A DNA stretch of 64,000 bases, from positions 64,001-128,000 of the forward strand of contig CAWAOD010000004.1 in assembly GCA_963783575.1 (NCBI GenBank), in the 5' to 3' direction. The translations under genes were made by a program, and so were the position numbers. This DNA comes from an uncultured Spirochaetota bacterium. GTDB lineage: Bacteria > Spirochaetota > Brevinematia > Brevinematales > JAOACQ01. Every line of letters starts with the position of its first letter. Position 1 is the stretch's first letter. Shown piece after piece: positions 49,441 through 59,898 of the stretch. The notes below the pieces were generated by a model. That model had not been told where the DNA came from. It saw nothing but the letters and a program-made list of their open reading frames with translations, and made no database searches.

Positions 49441-50523
49441 ATGCGGAAAGCGGTTATTCATTATTTTACGGGAACCGGTAACACAGCCCATGCTACGGAT
49501 GTTTTGGCCGGGGAATTAAATAAAAACGGTTATGAGACTTTATTGATTGAGGTTCATAAAGATACAAAACCCGTAGACATTCAATTCGATCTGAATATTA
49601 TTATTTTTCCGGTATATGCTTTAGCGGCTCCGCATGTCATGATTGGATATTTAAAGAAATTACCGAAAGGTAAAGGTGCTAAAACAGCCGTCATAGCTAA
49701 TTTCGGTATGATAAATTTAAAAGGAGGCGCGAATACTGGATACGAAAGCCAGGCGCCGGAGCAGGCTGCCAGGATATTGAGGCGGAGAGGTTACGATGTT
49801 TTTTTAACCGGACGAGCCGGGTACCCAGAAAATATTACAATCATTGCTTCATCAATATCAAGGGAGGATATCGATTCAATAACAATCGCCGGCGATAAAG
49901 AAATACGGGCAATAGCCGGAAAAATAATTAATGGTGAAATCAGCATTGTTAGATACAATGTTCTGGATTTGACACTCGGATGGCTTTTCGGATTCCTTTT
50001 AATGCATTTCGGAAGGTGGCAGATCGGTAAAATGTATTCGGCAGACAGGGACTGCAATTCTTGCGGGATTTGCGTTCAGAGCTGTCCGGCAGAGGCAATA
50101 CGGTTATTCAATAAAAAACCTCGCTGGAATTATAACTGCGAAGCATGCCTCCGGTGCTACAATATCTGTCCGAAAACCGCCATACAAATTTCCATAATCC
50201 GTATCGCTGTTGTTTTAGCGCTAACCATTGGCCTCATTCCTTTAGTTGTTGTCAATATTAACTCCGCGCTTAATCTGATTGCGTCATATCTGAAAATCAG
50301 GCCGGTTGACATTCCATTTTTAAAAGTGATTACAGGGATCGCCGCATATATTCTAATTTATATAATAATATTTTATATACTGGATAAAATAATGTTTATT
50401 CTTGAACAAATCCCTTTTGTAAGAAAGATTTTTAAATGGACATATACAAAGAAATTTAAACGGTATGTTATGCCTGGATTTAACAACCGTGCCACTTCGA
50501 CAGGCTCAGTGCAGGCTTCTTGA
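49441..50523 (+). CDS. EFR1-family flavodoxin/ferredoxin with C-terminal membrane segments
   Basis: YFTGTGNT; CNSCGICVQSCP and CEACLRCYNICP. Confidence 0.88.
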   Translation: MRKAVIHYFTGTGNTAHATDVLAGELNKNGYETLLIEVHKDTKPVDIQFDLNIIIFPVYALAAPHVMIGYLKKLPKGKGAKTAVIANFGMINLKGGANTGYESQAPEQAARILRRRGYDVFLTGRAGYPENITIIASSISREDIDSITIAGDKEIRAIAGKIINGEISIVRYNVLDLTLGWLFGFLLMHFGRWQIGKMYSADRDCNSCGICVQSCPAEAIRLFNKKPRWNYNCEACLRCYNICPKTAIQISIIRIAVVLALTIGLIPLVVVNINSALNLIASYLKIRPVDIPFLKVITGIAAYILIYIIIFYILDKIMFILEQIPFVRKIFKWTYTKKFKRYVMPGFNNRATSTGSVQAS

Positions 50524-50578
50524 CCAGTATAATTCCTCGCGGTTTTATCGGCGCAAAATAAATTACTATGAGGTTTAA

Positions 50579-51625
50579 ATGGAAACTGATAATAAGATCA
50601 ATATCGCTTTAATCGGCTGCGGAGTTCACTCGTATAAGCATGCAAACGCGATTAAAGAAGTAAAAGACCTGAATCTTGTTTCCTGCTGCGATATAAATGA
50701 AAGCAGGGCAGGGGACTGGTCGGAAAAATACAACTGCAGTCCATACGGCAGTATAGAGAAGATGTTAAAAAATGAAAAAATCGATGCGGTAATTTTATGC
50801 ACCTGGCCAAATCAGCACCTGGAGCAGATAAAATTATGCCTTAACGCGGGAGTTAAAAACATACTCTGCGAAAAATCGCTTGCCGTCAATAGTAAAGAGG
50901 CTTATGAAATATGGATTCTCGCCAAAGAAAACAAAGCCTTTTTAATGGAGGCCTGCATGTACAGGCACCATCCGGCGATAAAAAAAACAGAGGAACTTGT
51001 TTTTAATTCAGGTATCGGGAAAATCGACAGCATAACTGCCGTTTTCAGCAATTATGAACCGGAAGCCCATAATGATCCTTTACAATCAATAGACTGGAGA
51101 TACAGAAAAGAATGCGGGGGTGGCGTGACGCATGACTGGATGTCTTATTGTGTAAACGCCTGCAATTATTTCAGCGGAAGCAGGCCCGTCAGTGTATACG
51201 CGTCCGGCGGAATAAATAAAGAATATGATATTATCGACAGGCTTTATGGCCAGATTGTTTATGACAATGGAATCATCGGAATAATTGAGAGCAGTAAATA
51301 TGCGAACTTCAGCCAGATGCTTCAAATAAGCTGCGCTTATGGAATAATAGAACTGCCGGTTGCCTGGGGAATTTTCGGCGACGTAACTATATACAAACAT
51401 CACAGGAAAGAAAAATGGGATTATATTCTTACAGATCCATACAAAATAAAGAAAGCCGATCCGTTTATCCTGCAATTGATGAATTTTTCAGATGCAATAA
51501 AAGGAAATTCCGCCCCAAAAATTTCGCTTGAAGAATCGGTCATTAATATTTATACAATTGAAGCACTTATTAACAGTTTAATTAATAATAAAACAATTGA
51601 TTTAGACCTCCCGAATATTTACTGA
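50579..51625 (+). CDS. Gfo/Idh/MocA family oxidoreductase
   Basis: IGCG, ILCEKSLA, YRHHP and GGGVTHD motifs. Confidence 0.9.
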   Translation: METDNKINIALIGCGVHSYKHANAIKEVKDLNLVSCCDINESRAGDWSEKYNCSPYGSIEKMLKNEKIDAVILCTWPNQHLEQIKLCLNAGVKNILCEKSLAVNSKEAYEIWILAKENKAFLMEACMYRHHPAIKKTEELVFNSGIGKIDSITAVFSNYEPEAHNDPLQSIDWRYRKECGGGVTHDWMSYCVNACNYFSGSRPVSVYASGGINKEYDIIDRLYGQIVYDNGIIGIIESSKYANFSQMLQISCAYGIIELPVAWGIFGDVTIYKHHRKEKWDYILTDPYKIKKADPFILQLMNFSDAIKGNSAPKISLEESVINIYTIEALINSLINNKTIDLDLPNIY

Positions 51626-51825
51626 TTTATTATTTTCATCGCACTATACTATACTGTATATCCCACTTTAAATTTCCATTTCAAAAGCCGCTTTGAAAAA
51701 TTAATTTTTCAGACAAAAATGATAAAATATATCCAAAGTCATATTGATCAATCCAGCAGAAAAATATATACTTTTTGAAAAGCTGCTGTTAATAAAATAT
51801 TAAAGAAGGAATATAGGAGAGATTT

Positions 51826-52332
51826 ATGCAGTTAAATTATATTAAGCAATTTTCAATTTTATTCTCTTGTTTCTTTTTTGCTGACATACTGTTTGCCGAA
51901 ACCCCTCCGATAACAAACAACCCGTTGAAAATCTGCATGCAGTTGACCTGGGATGCCGGTGTCCGGTTTGGAGCGGAATATGAAATTTCCCCCTGCTTCG
52001 CTCTTAAATCGGACATAGGAACAACTTTATTCAGCTTTGAAGGGAATCTGGTAATTACTTACGATATTTTCGGCGTCTGGGAACTATTGAAAAAAAACAG
52101 TCCTTTTCAGATAAATTTACTGTTCGGACTTCCCTATAATATGTATGTTTTTGGAGTAAATTCTGAAATGTATTCTTTTGGATGCTCCTTAGAATTTGGC
52201 TACCGCTTTAACAAAAAATATGCATTATATTTCAGGGGCGGCGGGGGTTATCCTGTTTATTATAATTCCGGAAAATGGTCATCCGGAATATTATGGCCCG
52301 ATGCCGCGCTTGAACTTAAGATTTCAATATAA
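51826..52332 (+). CDS. Hypothetical secreted, beta-strand-rich protein
   Basis: Signal peptide, alternating aromatic pattern, AGGAG RBS. Confidence 0.55.
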   Translation: MQLNYIKQFSILFSCFFFADILFAETPPITNNPLKICMQLTWDAGVRFGAEYEISPCFALKSDIGTTLFSFEGNLVITYDIFGVWELLKKNSPFQINLLFGLPYNMYVFGVNSEMYSFGCSLEFGYRFNKKYALYFRGGGGYPVYYNSGKWSSGILWPDAALELKISI

Positions 52333-52370
52333 AATATAAACCTTTAAGGCGTCACAAAGATTGAGTATAC

Positions 52371-53363
52371 TCAACTGCCTAATGTAGTCTGGGTTGTTCC
52401 TGTCCAGTAGAATGCATTTCCAGAGCTTTCATACCCTGCGGTATATACCGTGCCGTTATAAACATAGATTGAGTATGCCTTCCCGCCGCCCGGTAATACG
52501 GTCTCTGTTGTTCCCATCCAAAAACAGGCATTTCCAGAGCCGTCATATCCAGCGGTATAAATCGTACCGTTATAAACATAGATTGAGTATGCCTTCCCAC
52601 CGCCCGGTAACACGGTCTCTGTTGTTCCCGTCCAAAAACAGGCATTTCCAGAGCCATCATACCCAGCGGTATAAATCATACCGTTATAAACATAGATTGA
52701 GAATGCACTCCCACCACCTGGCAATATGGTCTCGTTTGTCCCTGTCCAGTAGCAGGCACTATAGTAGCCATCGTTAAAGTCCTGACCGGTTGTATATACA
52801 ATATTGTTAGATACATAGATTGAATATGCATATCCGCCGCCCCATAAGTGTATCCCCTCTACGACCGGTAATAAGGTCTCAATATTTCCTGTCCAGTAGC
52901 AAGGGGTTTCGGATCCATCAGTTCCGGCGGTATAGATCGTACCGTTATTAACAAAGATTGAGTGTGCCAAACTACCGCTGCTACCCGGTAACACGGTCTC
53001 ATTCGTCCCTGTCCAGTAGCAGGCGATACCGCTGGTGCTTCCTGAATATGCGCTGATATCAACCCCACCTGTATAGACCGTTCCATTATAAACATAGATT
53101 GATAATGCTGATCCGCCATTGTTTATACTTGGCAGCCTAGTCATTGCCGTTCCTGTCCAGTAGCAACCGCCATAATAGGTTAGGGAACTGATCCACCCGG
53201 CGGTATAGACCGTTCCATTATATACAAAAATTGATGTTGCATATAATAATAACGATGAACTAGAACTTGATGACATAGAATTTGAAGATGTAGAACAGGC
53301 CGTGATTAAAACACCTGAAACAATTAATAAACCCAAAACAAATAATTTACTATTAAATTTCAT
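52371..53363 (-). CDS. Lipoprotein with ~7 tandem beta-propeller-like repeats
   Basis: Lipobox ITAC, Ser linker, repeats of SIYVYNGT.YTAG...AC.WTG..ET.LP. Confidence 0.8.
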   Translation of the reverse strand: MKFNSKLFVLGLLIVSGVLITACSTSSNSMSSSSSSSLLLYATSIFVYNGTVYTAGWISSLTYYGGCYWTGTAMTRLPSINNGGSALSIYVYNGTVYTGGVDISAYSGSTSGIACYWTGTNETVLPGSSGSLAHSIFVNNGTIYTAGTDGSETPCYWTGNIETLLPVVEGIHLWGGGYAYSIYVSNNIVYTTGQDFNDGYYSACYWTGTNETILPGGGSAFSIYVYNGMIYTAGYDGSGNACFWTGTTETVLPGGGKAYSIYVYNGTIYTAGYDGSGNACFWMGTTETVLPGGGKAYSIYVYNGTVYTAGYESSGNAFYWTGTTQTTLGS

Positions 53364-53561
53364 AAAAACCTCCATCTTTTATTTGATTCAGGTAAAGAGG
53401 AATTAGTTCCATTATATATTGAATATTTGTATTATTCTTAATAATAATACTAAAAAAAATCAGATCAATCGGAAAAAACTATAGAAAATTTCAATGAAAT
53501 ATACTGAAGATCAATATATTTTTTATTAAAATAAGGTGTCTGTTCATATTTGAATCTCAAA

Positions 53562-56500
53562 TCAATTTTCCAGGACTTTATTTCCACGGGCAAGGTAGTA
53601 CATATATGGAATGATCATCTTATTGGGTTTATTGGAGCCGTCATAAAATATATCGATGATAGGGACATCAAAATCCTTCTGAATCCTCCTGAAAATTGAG
53701 GATGACACCGCTCCGGGACAGCAGAATACGGGGTTTAAGTGAAGGAAGGCATCAGCGATTCCCTGCTTTTTCATATAAAGGACCCTTCCGATATTTATTT
53801 CTGTCTCGCCGGGAATAAAATGCTCGATACCGTATTCCCTGGCAAGGAGATCGCATTCCTCAACTGAAGGCTCGAAATAGCCGTCGATCATACCGCTGAA
53901 AATATCCTCAAACCGGCGCTCAAAGAGGGTGATATGCTGAAGCAGGGTTTTACTGACCCGGCCGTCATGTATGTCGTAATTCAGGAGGCCTGTCGCGTAT
54001 TCCGTAAATGAAGGAATGATGATCTCTCCGCCAAGCTGTCCCACAAGGCTGTAAATGTCCTCATTCAGCAGGGTGTTCCATTTCACGTAAAGGTCGCCGA
54101 TGATCGCGATCCTGGGCTTTGGGACAATATTTACGCTTACCTTCTCAAAGACTTTCCTGATTTTCACGGCGGCTTTCAATATATGCCTGGCCGGGTGCGA
54201 TACCATGACGAGTTCTTTAAGGGCTTTTCTGATGTTGTTTTCTATGGCGGATTTGTCCTCCGCGCCTTCAAGGTTGAAATTAGTCAGCGTCAGGAATAAT
54301 GCGCAGTCCATCAGGAGCTGACCCTGTTCAAAAAGCGAAGGGTTGCCGTTCAGGGCTGTCTTCATAATGTAAAGGGATTCTTCAAGCGCGGCGCGTGAGT
54401 CTCCTTTATGAGTTTCGTATGCGCTGTAATGGAAAAACAGTTTATACAGGATTGATGTTATGATTTTATTGGCGGCAAGTTCAATATAAAGCATCAGCGG
54501 AAGATTGATCTCCGAAGCTATTATGTTTTCCGCCGAGATCCTTATTTCACCGATCCCTGCCTTTGAACAGGCAAGTTTAACGAGTCTTGTAAACTGGGTG
54601 AAGTTGCAGGGAATGCAGGCGGTTGAAAACTGGAAAACACAGCGGGCAGGGTCAAGATTGTTATTTTTTACTGTATTTATGATCGAGCCCAGAATTGCGA
54701 TATTCGGCATGCATTCTCCGCCGGTAGCGTAATTGTAGCCTTCATTTATGTCTTTCTGGCTGGCTTTTAGAATTACGCATTTGTAGCCATGAGCCTCATA
54801 AGCCATCCTGTCAAGCTCGCTCAGGATCGGGCTGATCTCGGCCATCAACAGAATATCTTCTTTCTTTACCCTGTGTTTTGAGACTTCAATGTTCTGCACC
54901 GGTAAAGTTTTTCCGGTCAATTTATTAAAATCATTCCTGAATGCCTCAATTCCGGCTTCTATTCTGGTTTGATACCCGATATCGCTGCCGTGCTCATCCA
55001 GCTGGAGTACCAGATAAGGCTTGCCTATGGAATAGAGTATTTCCCTGAAATATGACAGAACATAGGAATCCGGGCTGCACCTGAAGCATGTAACCAGGAT
55101 CGGATAAATATTACAGTGATTCCGCATTATATCCTGCATAAGTAGGATTTCCTGTCCGTAATGCCAGTGCATGTTTTTTATAAAATCGGGAAGATTGATA
55201 TTATTGAACGGGGATGACCTGAACATGGATTGATGCACAACTTCATATCCCATGGATTCAATCTTCATAGGTATTTCGTTATTCATGACCCTGTCAAAAA
55301 TTGAGTAAGGCCTTCCCAGGAGAAGAATTTTTATTTTGTCCGGTGAGTTCGACAAAATCTCCTGCCCGTAATCCATTAACTTTGACCGCATCCTCTTGAA
55401 TTCCCTGTAAGCTTTATAGAACTCTTCGATAATAGTCTTTTGACTGATATTTGCTATCGGAATAATTACCTTGGCTATTTCTTCGGCGATTGTTTTTATC
55501 CTGCCACCGTTAAATTTAATCAAAGGAGACAGTAGACGCACTTTAAGATTGATGGTCGAGAGGTTTTTCAGGATTGTGGGAGCGTAAACGGAATAATAGC
55601 AGAAATAGCAATCTGTTTTTCTTTCCGATAACCTGATTTCTTTACTGAAGAGATCTATAGGGCTTTTTTCATTCAGGACAGACGGGAAAAAAATGTAATC
55701 AACTTTTTTATCCAGTAGTTTTTTAACCTGCCCATGAGCGATATTGATCGGAGCGCAAAAATCCGAATTAATCAGGGGTTTACCTTCCTTAATTGTATCT
55801 CCGCCGCTATGTTCCACAATTGTCCTTATCCCCAGGTTATTGAAAAAAAGCCTGAAAAGGGGATAATATTCTTCCATATAAACCGCGGTCGGAAGTCCGA
55901 TTAAAAGCCCAGTATCAACTTTTAAATCCGGGACTCTGAATATTTCATTCCTAGACTTCTCCAGTTTTGAAACATTCAGAATGGCTCTCGCTTTTCCATC
56001 CTCATATTCCCTTCCGCATTTAAGTCCCCAGGCGGTTTTTTTAGAGCCTGTGTCATAAACTGTTAGCTGGCAACTGTTGAAACACAGGCCGCATGTTTCA
56101 TTGAAGGCTGTAAACCGGAATTCCATTTTTGACATTCTGGATTCTTTTAAATCTTTACGCATAATATCCAAAGCGGCACCCAGAACTCCTGTCAGGTGGC
56201 AAAACCTGCTGACCGAAATTGGCCTTCCGATTCTGCTCTGGAACACTGCCACAAGGGCTTTATTCCTTGCTGTCGCGCCCTGGAAATATACTTTTTTGCC
56301 GATAGGTGTTTTCCCAACGACCTTGGAGAGGTAATTGTCCTTCACACTGTAAAGAACCGCCGTTATAATCTGCGCCTTTGTCCATCCTTCGGCGAGCAGT
56401 GTGTTCAGGTCCCTTTCCATATAAACGGTACAGCGGTCAGAAGTAAACGGTGCGGCGCTTCCATCGGCCATACCGGGAATATCATCCAGCCCGATTCCCA

Positions 56501-57845
56501 GCCGGGAAGCCTGCTCTTCGATAAAAAAGCCCGTACCCGCGGCGCAGACATAGTTCATCGCCGAATGAACAACCTCGCCGTTTTCAATAACCGTGAATTT
56601 TGAATCCTGTCCCCCGATTTCAATGATTGTATCCACATCGGGGTCCAGAAATACAGCTCCGTATGCATGGGCGGAAATCTCATTCAGCGAGCCGTCAGTA
56701 CCGACAACTTCCCGGATCAGTTCCCTTCCGGAACCGGTGGTCTGGCAGCCTTTGATTGTAATATGAGCCTTTCCGAATAATTTTTCCAGTTTACCCATGA
56801 GCAGGCTTACAGCGCTTACTGGATCGCCTTTTGTCCTGGTATACATCCCTGTTAAAATCTCTTTTTCTTCCGACAGTACTATAAGTTTGGTGCTTGTTGA
56901 ACCGATATCAATTCCAATATAAACCCCAAACTCACTTTTTATCAAATCCTTATAAACGGTTATTTCCACCCCATCCTCGGCAATGGTTTTATCTCTCGAA
57001 AAATCCGGATAATCCGGCAAATTGATTAACAGGTTTTCCCTGGTATTCCTTCCTTTCTTAATCTGGTCCATTACGGAGTCTATATCAAAGCTTAACTCCT
57101 TTCCCAGTAGTGCTGCGCCTATAGCGCTCAAACATTGGTTTTCCTTCGGTACTATGGCTTCCGACCCAAGCAGGCTGCTAATTTCCGCGGCGATCTTGCG
57201 GTTGCAGCTTACCCCACCCGCAAGAATGATTGGAGGATCAATTTTCTTTCCCCTGACAACATTTTCCAGGATGCTCCTTGCCACACCTTCGCATATCCCG
57301 GCCGCAATCGCCTCTCGCGAATAGCCAAGCGCCTGGGCATGGATTATATCAGTTTTGGCGAATACAGCGCACCTTGTCGCGATTGCCGGCGTCCTGCCCT
57401 TGAAGATGAAGGCCTTCTCCGCGAGTTCTTCCGAACTATATCCGATCCTCTCCGCCTGCTGGTCGATAAAACCGCCCGTCCCTGAGGCACAGTCCGAATT
57501 CATCGAATGTTCCAGATAACCGCCGTTTCTGTCAAGCCTTATAAGATAAAAATTCTCACAGCCTATTGAAAGGATTGTCCCCGCGTTAAGCTTAAGAAAA
57601 AGGTTTGCCTGAACTGCTGCCACAACCGGATGGATTACCTCAAGCGCCGGGATTTCGAAATTCCCGCAAAGCCCGATACTTTCTACGGTATCCCTACTGT
57701 AAATAGAATAAATTTCTTCAAGAATCCGGTTCATATGTAAAGGAATGTCGCCTTCATTAGCCATGCTGCCGGATTCGACAACCTTATCATTATCAATCAA
57801 AGCGAAATGTATATTCTTTGATCCGAAATCCAATCCCAGTTTCAT
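53562..57845 (-). CDS. CoA-substrate-specific enzyme activase (two BadF/BadG/BcrA/BcrD ATPase domains plus DUF2229-like region)
   Basis: GLDFGS, MNSDCASGTG and RCAVFAKTD; second copy GIDIGSTSTK, EIGGQDSK, MNYVCAAGTG; later F.CSPDS and LDEH. Confidence 0.9.
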   Translation of the reverse strand: MKLGLDFGSKNIHFALIDNDKVVESGSMANEGDIPLHMNRILEEIYSIYSRDTVESIGLCGNFEIPALEVIHPVVAAVQANLFLKLNAGTILSIGCENFYLIRLDRNGGYLEHSMNSDCASGTGGFIDQQAERIGYSSEELAEKAFIFKGRTPAIATRCAVFAKTDIIHAQALGYSREAIAAGICEGVARSILENVVRGKKIDPPIILAGGVSCNRKIAAEISSLLGSEAIVPKENQCLSAIGAALLGKELSFDIDSVMDQIKKGRNTRENLLINLPDYPDFSRDKTIAEDGVEITVYKDLIKSEFGVYIGIDIGSTSTKLIVLSEEKEILTGMYTRTKGDPVSAVSLLMGKLEKLFGKAHITIKGCQTTGSGRELIREVVGTDGSLNEISAHAYGAVFLDPDVDTIIEIGGQDSKFTVIENGEVVHSAMNYVCAAGTGFFIEEQASRLGIGLDDIPGMADGSAAPFTSDRCTVYMERDLNTLLAEGWTKAQIITAVLYSVKDNYLSKVVGKTPIGKKVYFQGATARNKALVAVFQSRIGRPISVSRFCHLTGVLGAALDIMRKDLKESRMSKMEFRFTAFNETCGLCFNSCQLTVYDTGSKKTAWGLKCGREYEDGKARAILNVSKLEKSRNEIFRVPDLKVDTGLLIGLPTAVYMEEYYPLFRLFFNNLGIRTIVEHSGGDTIKEGKPLINSDFCAPINIAHGQVKKLLDKKVDYIFFPSVLNEKSPIDLFSKEIRLSERKTDCYFCYYSVYAPTILKNLSTINLKVRLLSPLIKFNGGRIKTIAEEIAKVIIPIANISQKTIIEEFYKAYREFKRMRSKLMDYGQEILSNSPDKIKILLLGRPYSIFDRVMNNEIPMKIESMGYEVVHQSMFRSSPFNNINLPDFIKNMHWHYGQEILLMQDIMRNHCNIYPILVTCFRCSPDSYVLSYFREILYSIGKPYLVLQLDEHGSDIGYQTRIEAGIEAFRNDFNKLTGKTLPVQNIEVSKHRVKKEDILLMAEISPILSELDRMAYEAHGYKCVILKASQKDINEGYNYATGGECMPNIAILGSIINTVKNNNLDPARCVFQFSTACIPCNFTQFTRLVKLACSKAGIGEIRISAENIIASEINLPLMLYIELAANKIITSILYKLFFHYSAYETHKGDSRAALEESLYIMKTALNGNPSLFEQGQLLMDCALFLTLTNFNLEGAEDKSAIENNIRKALKELVMVSHPARHILKAAVKIRKVFEKVSVNIVPKPRIAIIGDLYVKWNTLLNEDIYSLVGQLGGEIIIPSFTEYATGLLNYDIHDGRVSKTLLQHITLFERRFEDIFSGMIDGYFEPSVEECDLLAREYGIEHFIPGETEINIGRVLYMKKQGIADAFLHLNPVFCCPGAVSSSIFRRIQKDFDVPIIDIFYDGSNKPNKMIIPYMYYLARGNKVLEN

Positions 57846-57929
57846 TATGAATCCCCCTCAAAACGGTATATTGCTTTCCCCTGTGTCATTCCGATTCCTT
57901 CTAATTGTTGTTCTTGTGAGGAATCTCCT

Positions 57930-58275
57930 GCAACATCGTGTTGCTTGGCGAACTAATGTTCGCCACTGTCTGTTTAGTAAAATAAAAGCTCTCATGGAAC
58001 ATCCTTTTCCTGTGGTTTCTTGCAGAACTATGCGCAATCGTTGTGCTGGCGAACTGATGTTCACAACTAGCTGCTTAGTAAAACTAAAGATTTCATTGTG
58101 TGTCCTTGGGTTTACTGAAAAATGAGTTAAAATTTGATAACAATAATCAACCTTTTATAATTGCATTTATAACTCATTGTTATAAAATAGGATATGACAC
58201 CAATAGAATACTGTTTATTAAACATATTAAGTTTTATGCTGATTTTCAGTGAACCCGTCCTTGTGTCCATGGTTT
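57930..58275 (+). repeat. Three-hairpin repeat, tandem copies C and D (D decayed and interrupted by the MITE)
   Basis: GCAAC-atcgt-GTTGC, GGCGAAC-taat-GTTCGCC, GGAAC-atcct-TTTCC; a second unit starts at ~58031 with GGCGAACTGATGTTC and TTAGTAAAA. Confidence 0.65.
58108..58256 (+). mobile_element. 149-bp MITE, copy 3
   Basis: TIRs with one mismatch; perfect 6-bp flanking duplication GTCCTT. Confidence 0.88.
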
Positions 58276-58499
58276 ATTAGTTTATTATAAGCTTTCAATT
58301 AGGGTTTAAACCAGTAATATCACAATTATTAACGCATATAAATAAAAAAGCATGAATGGACAGTTTCTGAGAGGAAGTTTTGAATTAATTTGTAATTGAG
58401 ATTATAATGAAAAACCAGATAAAATAGCAAAATAATCTAATAAATTATTGTAATGGCAATTCACACAAAAAATATACTTCTCTAAAATTTTTATGTCGA

Positions 58500-59633
58500 T
58501 CATTGGTTTTTAATCCCGAAAGATATTCTCGATCCAGCCATATAGTGAGGCGTTCCGCTATTGTTGTATTTATGCCCCCACCGCGGGGTATAACCGTATA
58601 CCAGCCATCCTTCCCTGCCTTCATCGCTGTCAAAGATTATGGCTGACTGCCAGGAAAGTGATTTTCCCGGCATTGCCACGGCATAATCCCTTATAAGCAT
58701 TTCAGGTTCCGACCATTCGATCCCGTTATCGGAATAGCTGATATAAATACCGCTGTTTTTAAGCCCTGTATTATAATAATATTCTTTCCAGTAATTTATA
58801 TTCAAGGTCATTACATATTTGCCGATATATTTCGAATAAAACACATGCGGAAATATAGCTTCGGCTTTATCGTGCTTCATAGCCGATAATACCGGTGTGT
58901 CAAGCCCTCCGATACCGGGCTGGGAAAAGCTTCCATTATAATATTTCTTCCATGAGCCGGGCATCGGAATACCTTTTGTTATGCATGCCCTTGCAAGACA
59001 AACCTGTTCGCCGCGTCCATCCTGGCGTGAAAGTTCAGTGTAGTAAGCGTAAAGATAGACTCCATTTGTTTCCAGGACCAGCCCAGGTTCCGCCGCTCCG
59101 CGGTCTGCCTGGCCGCTGTAATATGTCCATTCCTTCGGTTTGGAACTGGTAATAACCGGCCCGGCTTTTTCCCAGGTTTCACCGTTATTGGTGGACAGGG
59201 CCAGGCCGATCCTTGCGTAAAACCCAGGAATTCCTCCGCCGATCGGGGGCATCCCTTCCTGGTCTTCAGCATGGTAAACCGCGATCCAGCAGTTATTTGA
59301 ATATTGATAAGCCCCGCTGATTCCGGCATAGCCGTTGTCGAAAGTTCCTGGTTTTCCGGGTCGTAGGACTTCCCTTGAATTGGTCAGATGTTCAATATCG
59401 CTACCTTCGACGAGGAATGTAGCTTTGGCGGCAGTTATGAGGATTCTGTAAACCGGTTTTTTAGAAAGAACAACTGCGGCCTCATCCGGGAAATAATCCA
59501 GTCCAAGCCCCCCGCTTGAAAGCAGGGTTTTACGCTCGCCGAGAGTTATGCTAATATCGGCCGGAGATAATGCAGATAAAGAATTGAGAGAGGAAAAAAC
59601 ACATACAATTAATAGATAAAAATAGGTTTTCAT
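58500..59633 (-). CDS. Secreted protein, probable beta-propeller glycoside hydrolase-like
   Basis: Signal peptide; Asp-box-like S.NNGETW and S.DNGIEWS. Confidence 0.55.
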   Translation of the reverse strand: MKTYFYLLIVCVFSSLNSLSALSPADISITLGERKTLLSSGGLGLDYFPDEAAVVLSKKPVYRILITAAKATFLVEGSDIEHLTNSREVLRPGKPGTFDNGYAGISGAYQYSNNCWIAVYHAEDQEGMPPIGGGIPGFYARIGLALSTNNGETWEKAGPVITSSKPKEWTYYSGQADRGAAEPGLVLETNGVYLYAYYTELSRQDGRGEQVCLARACITKGIPMPGSWKKYYNGSFSQPGIGGLDTPVLSAMKHDKAEAIFPHVFYSKYIGKYVMTLNINYWKEYYYNTGLKNSGIYISYSDNGIEWSEPEMLIRDYAVAMPGKSLSWQSAIIFDSDEGREGWLVYGYTPRWGHKYNNSGTPHYMAGSRISFGIKNQ

Positions 59634-59898
59634 ACATTGCTCCTGATTTTAATTATTTTAAATCTGACCGGGAAACTTTTCAAAAAAGCAAAGATGAATC
59701 TTTTGTTTTTAATTGTTTCATTTATTATTGATGAGTTTTATCTTTTTTTCGCTGCTTGATTAACCGCAAAATATAATCAAAATTGATAGCAAGATGAATT
59801 ATAATCTAAGGCAAGTAAAAATGCAATCAAAAATCAATAACTTCTGAAATTATAAGAGCCCTATTATATTTTTCATCTTTTCTTCTCTATAAAGAATG

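Noticed and set aside
52385..53230. Regular repeats considered as a CRISPR array
   Set aside because: They are in-frame coding repeats without unique spacers, and there are no cas genes.
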